Of a stretch of DNA of 20,353 bases, positions 15,768 through 20,353 are shown piece after piece (the first letter of the stretch is position 1; the number at the start of each line of letters is the position of its first letter). The notes beneath the pieces are model-generated. The model made no database searches and had not been told where the DNA came from. It saw nothing but the letters and a program-made list of their open reading frames with translations. Source of the DNA: a bacterium. Lineage in GTDB: Bacteria > SZUA-182 > DTGQ01. The stretch covers positions 1 to 20,353 of the forward strand of contig JBFMGO010000109.1 of the NCBI GenBank assembly GCA_040752695.1, read 5' to 3'. A program made the translations under genes and the position numbers.

Positions 15768-18700
15768 ATTACGAGCGTATATAAGCAAACCGAATCAGCA
15801 CCTGCGGATGATTCACCTCTCCTTTCAGGAGAGGAGAATCATATTCACTGGCAGCTTTGGCTCAAGGACAAAAACCTGATTGTAACGATAACCGCTCATC
15901 GCTCTGAAAGCCCCTGGCTTCACTGGGGCGTAGCTTACGAAAAATGGGCAGATTGGGTTGCTCCCCCTTCTGATATCTGGCCTTCGGGAACACGGGATAA
16001 AGGAGACGGTATGGCTGTGCAGACCCCCATGGCCCTGTCCGCGGCCATGTCCATGTCAGATGGCGTAAGCGGTAACGATAAGAGCGACAGCAATGAGAGC
16101 GGTGGTGAGGGAGGTAGCGATAGGAACGATAACCGCTTCTTGGTAACCATAACCATCCCCAAGGATCTGAATATAAGACAGATCTTCTTTGTGCTCTATT
16201 TTCCCCGGAGTAATCAATGGGATAATAATCATCAGCAAGATTATGCCATCCCCTTGCCCTCAGATCCAGAGCTTCTTCTCCCGCTCCTTGAGAGGGACGA
16301 TCTTAAGGTCCGGTCGCTGCTTGGCAGGATCCTTGCCAGAGAGAACCGAAAGTCGTGGGAGATGGGAATGCGCCTTGAATTCATCGGGCAGTTGCTGAGT
16401 GAAGGTGAGCCTTCCGAATCCGTGCTCAGCCTGCTGGAGATTTACCTGCACTATGCATCCCAGGGGCATCTTCCCTGGAGGCGGCACTATGACCGCCAGA
16501 CCTCTGTGCTGGCTCCCAAGATTGTGGGGCTTGCCCTGAAAATATCCGCGATGGTTTCCTCAACCCCTCGATTGTTGACTTTCTGGCTTCGAATGATGAA
16601 AAATTTGCCTTCTTCGAGCAGGAATTTACAGGACATCGGGTCAGCTATCCGGCTTAAAATTTTAGAGTGCAAGGACCACCAGAACCGGCTTATCTATGAT
16701 CAATTCGTGTCCGAATTTCACCAAAAGCTGCACAATGCCTCAGGTCCTGAAGACATGGCCATCAGCCGTGCCTACCTGGCCTTTTTGGACTCCGAAGGGG
16801 ATCTTGACAGCTTCCTCGGGAGTCTGTGGCAGGCAGGGCTGGCTAAAAAAGAAGAAGCGCCGGAAAAAGAAGGCGTTCAGCCGGAAAAAGGTGACGGGGA
16901 AGTGATCATCCCCCTTTTAGATCAGTACGGGGATTATCGCTCTATTCATCATCTGCCGACCTATGAGGCCAAAAAGGCCGAGGCCACCAGGAAAGTAATA
17001 CGAGAACTTTTGACCCTCCTTGAGAACTTTTACGGAGGGATGGAAATCGAGGAGGCAGCCGCCCTGGTTATGCCCGAGGCAAGTCCGGACATCCAGCAGC
17101 AGTTGCAGGGCCTTCTGGCCCAAAAGGAGGAGTTTGAAGAGGAGCTTGAAACCAATCCTTCCGCTTCTGCTTCTGCTCCTGCTTCCTCTGCCGCTTCTGT
17201 TTCTGCTTCTCCCTCCTCGACTGCCGCCCTCTCTCCTTCTTCAGCCCTTGCTATCATCGTGCGGCTGTCACGCCTTCGAAGTCAGCTCTCCGGGCAGGTC
17301 ACGTCATCATCGCCTCTGGCAGTGGAAAAGATCCGTGATTTTCTGCATCTTGACCTGGTCATGGAAGATTATGCCAAAGCACTGGCCAATGCACTGCTCA
17401 ATGATTTGCCTGGCCGGGAGGGTTATTGTGGAATTTCGCCTGAGCATCTCGAACTTTTACAGGCTCTTCTGGCTCATCTTTCTCCAATCTGCACTCCAGT
17501 CTGCCAGATGGAGGAACAGCAGATCGCGGTAGTTCGCAGGCACCTGATACAGTGGAGCAGGAAAGGTCATGATATCCAGTGGCAGGGCAGGGGAGGTCAC
17601 GGTATGGAACTTGATTGGTGCCTTCAGGGCAAGGCCATTCTCGATCGTCTTAACCGGATAATCCTGCAAAAGGTCGAAATCAGCATGGCCTTATACCAGC
17701 CCAAGGCTGAACTGCTCGGCCGCTGCCTTGGAGTCGAACCCCACGTATGGCAGATATTCACTGAGGAAACCTTGCGCAATGACTGGTTATTTCTTCTATC
17801 CCGGCTGGTGACCCGCGTCCAGAAAGCCCTTCGCCAGGCAGCCGGATGGAGTGCAACCGAAGTGCTTGTGCCCGGTCGGGTTCAGGGGATCGTAACCAGA
17901 GCCTACGATCTTTCATCCTTCACCTCCTCAACCTCTTCGACCTCCTCTCCCTCCTTATCAACAAACCCTTCAATTCCTCCTGGTGCCCCCAGGATTGTGC
18001 TCCTTGAGCATTTGCACGGCGATGAGGACATACCGCAGAACGTGGCTGGAATTATCAGCCGCACATCGAGGGACAGAATGAGTCACTTCGGGATCAGGGC
18101 CAGAGAGCAGGGAGTGGTCTGGATTTATCTTGGGGAGGAATCGGACTGCCGGGAGATTGAAAAGTATGAGGGACAGTGGATCAGGCTTTCGGCCAGGGAG
18201 GACCGTTTCGATTATACCCTGATCGAAAAGCCCACTTCTTGGGCCATGATCACCCCCGCCATCGGGGAAAGAGAAAGGAAAAAGATCTGTTTTCCCGGCG
18301 TGCGCCTGGCTGATTCACTCACCTTTGTGCTCCCTGACCGCTATGAGCTTTCAACCGTCGGCCCCAAGGCATGTCAGCTCCGGTTATTGCAGGAGCGGCT
18401 CGGCGGGCGGGTGCGGGTGCCGGATTCGATCAGCGTGCCCTTTGGCATTTTCAACCAGATTTTGGAGAAAAATCCCCGGATACATAAAGAATACCGGGAA
18501 ATAACCGCTGATCCGGCCAAAGAGCCGTCAGGTGAATTATCCGAACGCCTTCGTAAGGTGCGAAAGCTCATTGAATCGCTCGATATCGATGAAAGTTATA
18601 ATGCGGCTCTGAGAATGGCGGTACAGGAAAGGATCGGGCCTTGTTCCCCCCTGATCGTCCGGTCCAGCTCCAACGCCGAGGATCTGGAAGAGTACAGCGG

Positions 18701-19316
18701 TGCAGGGCTGTACGAGTCATACCCTGGTGTGCCTCTGAGCGAATTGCACCGGTTTCTGAAGAAGGTATGGGCTTCCCTGTGGTCGGAGCGGGCGGTATGG
18801 AACCGCATCAGGGCAGGATGTGACGTTTTTCCCGAGGACGTGCATATGGCCGTGCTGATACAGGAGTTGATTGTGGCTGATTATGCTTTTGTTGCCCATA
18901 CCCGCCATCCTCTGACCCTGAACCGGGAGCAGGTGTATATCGAAGCAGTACAGGGGCTGGGGGAATCTCTGGTCGGAGGGTCCGAAGGACAGGGATACCG
19001 GTTTGTTTATGACCGGATGTCAAGAGAAGTGAGTAGAGTGGGCTATGCCAGCAAGGGGTACTCCTGGCTGATTGGTGCCGACGGAATGCCCAGGAAGGCC
19101 ATAGCTGACTACTCCAGGGATTTTTTGGCTCTCGGGAGAGGGAAGAGAGAGACACAGACAGGGACAGAGACAGAGCCGGAGTGGCAGTCATTGATGCGCC
19201 GGATTGCTGAAATCGCAGTTACGATTGAAACCGCCTGGGAAAATCGACCTCAGGACATTGAAGGAGTTATCAAGGGCAAAGAGGTTTTTATTGTTCAGAC
19301 CAGGCCGCAGATGTAA
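15768..19316 (+). CDS. Alpha-glucan,water dikinase (GWD/PWD)-like protein: CBM45-like N-terminus, GWD central region, phospho-His domain, C-terminal PPDK-type nucleotide-binding domain; start codon uncertain
   Basis: EFHQKLHNASGPED resembles the GWD WHQKLHNNTSPDD motif. Also GDEDIP...MSHFGIRARE (catalytic His), VGPKA, VRSSSNAEDLEEYSGAGLYES, KVWASLWSERA, MAVLIQE..ADYAFVAHT, VQGLGESLV and PQDIEG...VQTRPQ. The frame is open from 15735 and encodes WLHWGV...W..PP..IWP.GT upstream of the called ATG 16011. Confidence 0.85.
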   Translation: MTSVYKQTESAPADDSPLLSGEENHIHWQLWLKDKNLIVTITAHRSESPWLHWGVAYEKWADWVAPPSDIWPSGTRDKGDGMAVQTPMALSAAMSMSDGVSGNDKSDSNESGGEGGSDRNDNRFLVTITIPKDLNIRQIFFVLYFPRSNQWDNNHQQDYAIPLPSDPELLLPLLERDDLKVRSLLGRILARENRKSWEMGMRLEFIGQLLSEGEPSESVLSLLEIYLHYASQGHLPWRRHYDRQTSVLAPKIVGLALKISAMVSSTPRLLTFWLRMMKNLPSSSRNLQDIGSAIRLKILECKDHQNRLIYDQFVSEFHQKLHNASGPEDMAISRAYLAFLDSEGDLDSFLGSLWQAGLAKKEEAPEKEGVQPEKGDGEVIIPLLDQYGDYRSIHHLPTYEAKKAEATRKVIRELLTLLENFYGGMEIEEAAALVMPEASPDIQQQLQGLLAQKEEFEEELETNPSASASAPASSAASVSASPSSTAALSPSSALAIIVRLSRLRSQLSGQVTSSSPLAVEKIRDFLHLDLVMEDYAKALANALLNDLPGREGYCGISPEHLELLQALLAHLSPICTPVCQMEEQQIAVVRRHLIQWSRKGHDIQWQGRGGHGMELDWCLQGKAILDRLNRIILQKVEISMALYQPKAELLGRCLGVEPHVWQIFTEETLRNDWLFLLSRLVTRVQKALRQAAGWSATEVLVPGRVQGIVTRAYDLSSFTSSTSSTSSPSLSTNPSIPPGAPRIVLLEHLHGDEDIPQNVAGIISRTSRDRMSHFGIRAREQGVVWIYLGEESDCREIEKYEGQWIRLSAREDRFDYTLIEKPTSWAMITPAIGERERKKICFPGVRLADSLTFVLPDRYELSTVGPKACQLRLLQERLGGRVRVPDSISVPFGIFNQILEKNPRIHKEYREITADPAKEPSGELSERLRKVRKLIESLDIDESYNAALRMAVQERIGPCSPLIVRSSSNAEDLEEYSGAGLYESYPGVPLSELHRFLKKVWASLWSERAVWNRIRAGCDVFPEDVHMAVLIQELIVADYAFVAHTRHPLTLNREQVYIEAVQGLGESLVGGSEGQGYRFVYDRMSREVSRVGYASKGYSWLIGADGMPRKAIADYSRDFLALGRGKRETQTGTETEPEWQSLMRRIAEIAVTIETAWENRPQDIEGVIKGKEVFIVQTRPQM
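17157..17246 (+). repeat. Low-complexity Ser/Ala (gcttct-like) in-frame repeat within the dikinase
   Basis: Encodes PSASASAPASSAASVSASPSSTAALSPSSA. Confidence 0.7.
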
Positions 19317-19404
19317 GTCGGCTGTACGCCGGGTATGCATTGGCTGTATGCCTGGTCCGCTAACCTACGAATCAATGGAAGAATTACCCAAGATATGGAG
19401 AATC

Positions 19405-20352
19405 ATGAACATGACTGATGAGTTTGTCCAGATTAAAGAAATTTATCCTCCCCTGGGATCTTCACGTAACCTTTACATGTTGGAGCCCTTTGGGGTAACG
19501 GTGCGGGTCATACCTCTCCTGGCCCCGCATTGGTTCCAAAACCTTGTGGTTGAAGTCTGGACCAATGCCATCGACAAGTTCAGCCCGGATGGAAACTGGC
19601 ATGGGGTTCCCATGCACATGAATTCCCCTTCGTCAGGAGACACCCCAGGCACTCCAGATACACCAGCCACTCCAGGTACACGAAGTACTCCAGGTACTTC
19701 AGGCACACCAGGTACTTCAGGTACCCCAGCCACTTTTGAGTATCACGCATCCTTTTTGGCAACAGATCAGGGCCGTTTTGAATATACTGTCCGGATCGGC
19801 GTTAAGGAGGGCAAAGAGCAGCATCCTTCCCGATGGCAGTGGGCCGGTGGGTATGGGCAAAATGGGTTTTTGACGGTCCTGCCTCCCTCACCGGTTATGA
19901 GGTGGACTCAGGGGCCGCAGGCCGAAGAGATTGCTCCCGGTGTATTTGTCGGCAATTTCATCGCTGCATCCAAGGCCCGTGATCTCGGTTTCCAGGCCGT
20001 ATTGAACATGGCTGAGGAATTGAATCTTGGCTTTCCTCCTGACAGCGGTGTGGAATACAAAAAGGTCGGCCTGTTTGATGGAGCACATAATCCGATCCCT
20101 CCGGAAAAAATTCTGGAGGCTGTTTCGTGCATCCGGCAGCAGGTCAAAAAAGGGCACAGGATATGTGTCAATTGCCGGGCAGGGATCGGCAGGTCCGGTT
20201 CAGTCGGGATTGCCTACCTCTACGCTTCCCATCCTGACTGGTCATATGACCAGGCGTTGCAGGCAGCCTGGAGTAAAAAACCGGATATCTATCCCCATAA
20301 GGATCTGAAAGAGACCCTGGAATCTCTTTTCCCCCGCACCGGAGACATCTGA
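19405..20352 (+). CDS. Dual-specificity phosphatase with N-terminal Trp-rich putative carbohydrate-binding domain (laforin/SEX4-like glucan phosphatase candidate)
   Basis: EIAPGVFVGN...AVLNMA...LFDG...VNCRAGIGRSG (CX5R). N-terminal beta-rich VEVWTN...NWHGVPM...FEYTVR...WQWAG. Start moved from 19204 (overlaps the dikinase) to ATG 19405, or 19411, after GGAG at 19397-19400. Confidence 0.85.
   Translation: MNMTDEFVQIKEIYPPLGSSRNLYMLEPFGVTVRVIPLLAPHWFQNLVVEVWTNAIDKFSPDGNWHGVPMHMNSPSSGDTPGTPDTPATPGTRSTPGTSGTPGTSGTPATFEYHASFLATDQGRFEYTVRIGVKEGKEQHPSRWQWAGGYGQNGFLTVLPPSPVMRWTQGPQAEEIAPGVFVGNFIAASKARDLGFQAVLNMAEELNLGFPPDSGVEYKKVGLFDGAHNPIPPEKILEAVSCIRQQVKKGHRICVNCRAGIGRSGSVGIAYLYASHPDWSYDQALQAAWSKKPDIYPHKDLKETLESLFPRTGDI
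19642..19734 (+). repeat. Ten imperfect 9-nt repeats encoding (T-P/S-G/A)n
   Basis: acc cca ggc act cca gat aca cca gcc act cca ggt ... encodes TPGTPDTPATPGTRSTPGTSGTPGTSGTPAT. Confidence 0.8.
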
Positions 20353-20353
20353 A

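Noticed and set aside
16011..19316. Annotation as ordinary PEP synthase/pyruvate phosphate dikinase
   Set aside because: The nucleotide-binding domain is C-terminal, there is no pyruvate-binding barrel, and GWD-type HQKLHN and CBM45-like motifs are present.
19204..19404. N-terminal extension of the phosphatase ORF
   Set aside because: It overlaps the dikinase 3' end by over 100 nt and does not look protein-like. An RBS precedes 19405/19411.
19642..19734. Short repeats as a CRISPR array
   Set aside because: They are 9-nt in-frame coding repeats without unique spacers, and no cas genes are present.
259..20308. Minus-strand and nested short ORFs in the track
   Set aside because: Nearly all are shadows of well-supported + strand genes or of repeats, and none carries a recognisable motif.

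Overview
Bacterial window in which all credible genes are on the + strand, in three blocks. (1) 1-12.5 kb, an extracellular-protease and RiPP locus: the 3' part of a multidomain S8 subtilase, then a gingipain/PorU-like C25 peptidase behind a predicted sigma-54 promoter. A second near-identical sigma-54 motif precedes a 52-aa ORF that the ORF track missed (6157-6315; YxxP leader, C-terminal CTSFTSAISC). It is followed by an RRE-fused radical SAM/SPASM enzyme, an HprK-like kinase, a stand-alone PqqD/RRE, a secreted beta-helix protein and an S26-type peptidase. (2) 12.7-15.5 kb, rseC-rnfC-rnfD with no adjacent rnfGEAB. (3) 15.7-20.35 kb, a plant-type alpha-glucan,water dikinase (GWD/PWD)-like gene next to a putative carbohydrate-binding domain fused to a dual-specificity phosphatase with the laforin/SEX4 active-site signature. 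The dikinase's CBM45-like N-terminus extends upstream of the called ATG with no canonical start codon. The two strongest candidates for undescribed systems are a bacterial reversible glucan-phosphorylation pair and the sigma-54 RiPP cluster, possibly linked to C25-based protein sorting. All family assignments come from motif recognition by eye, without database searches.
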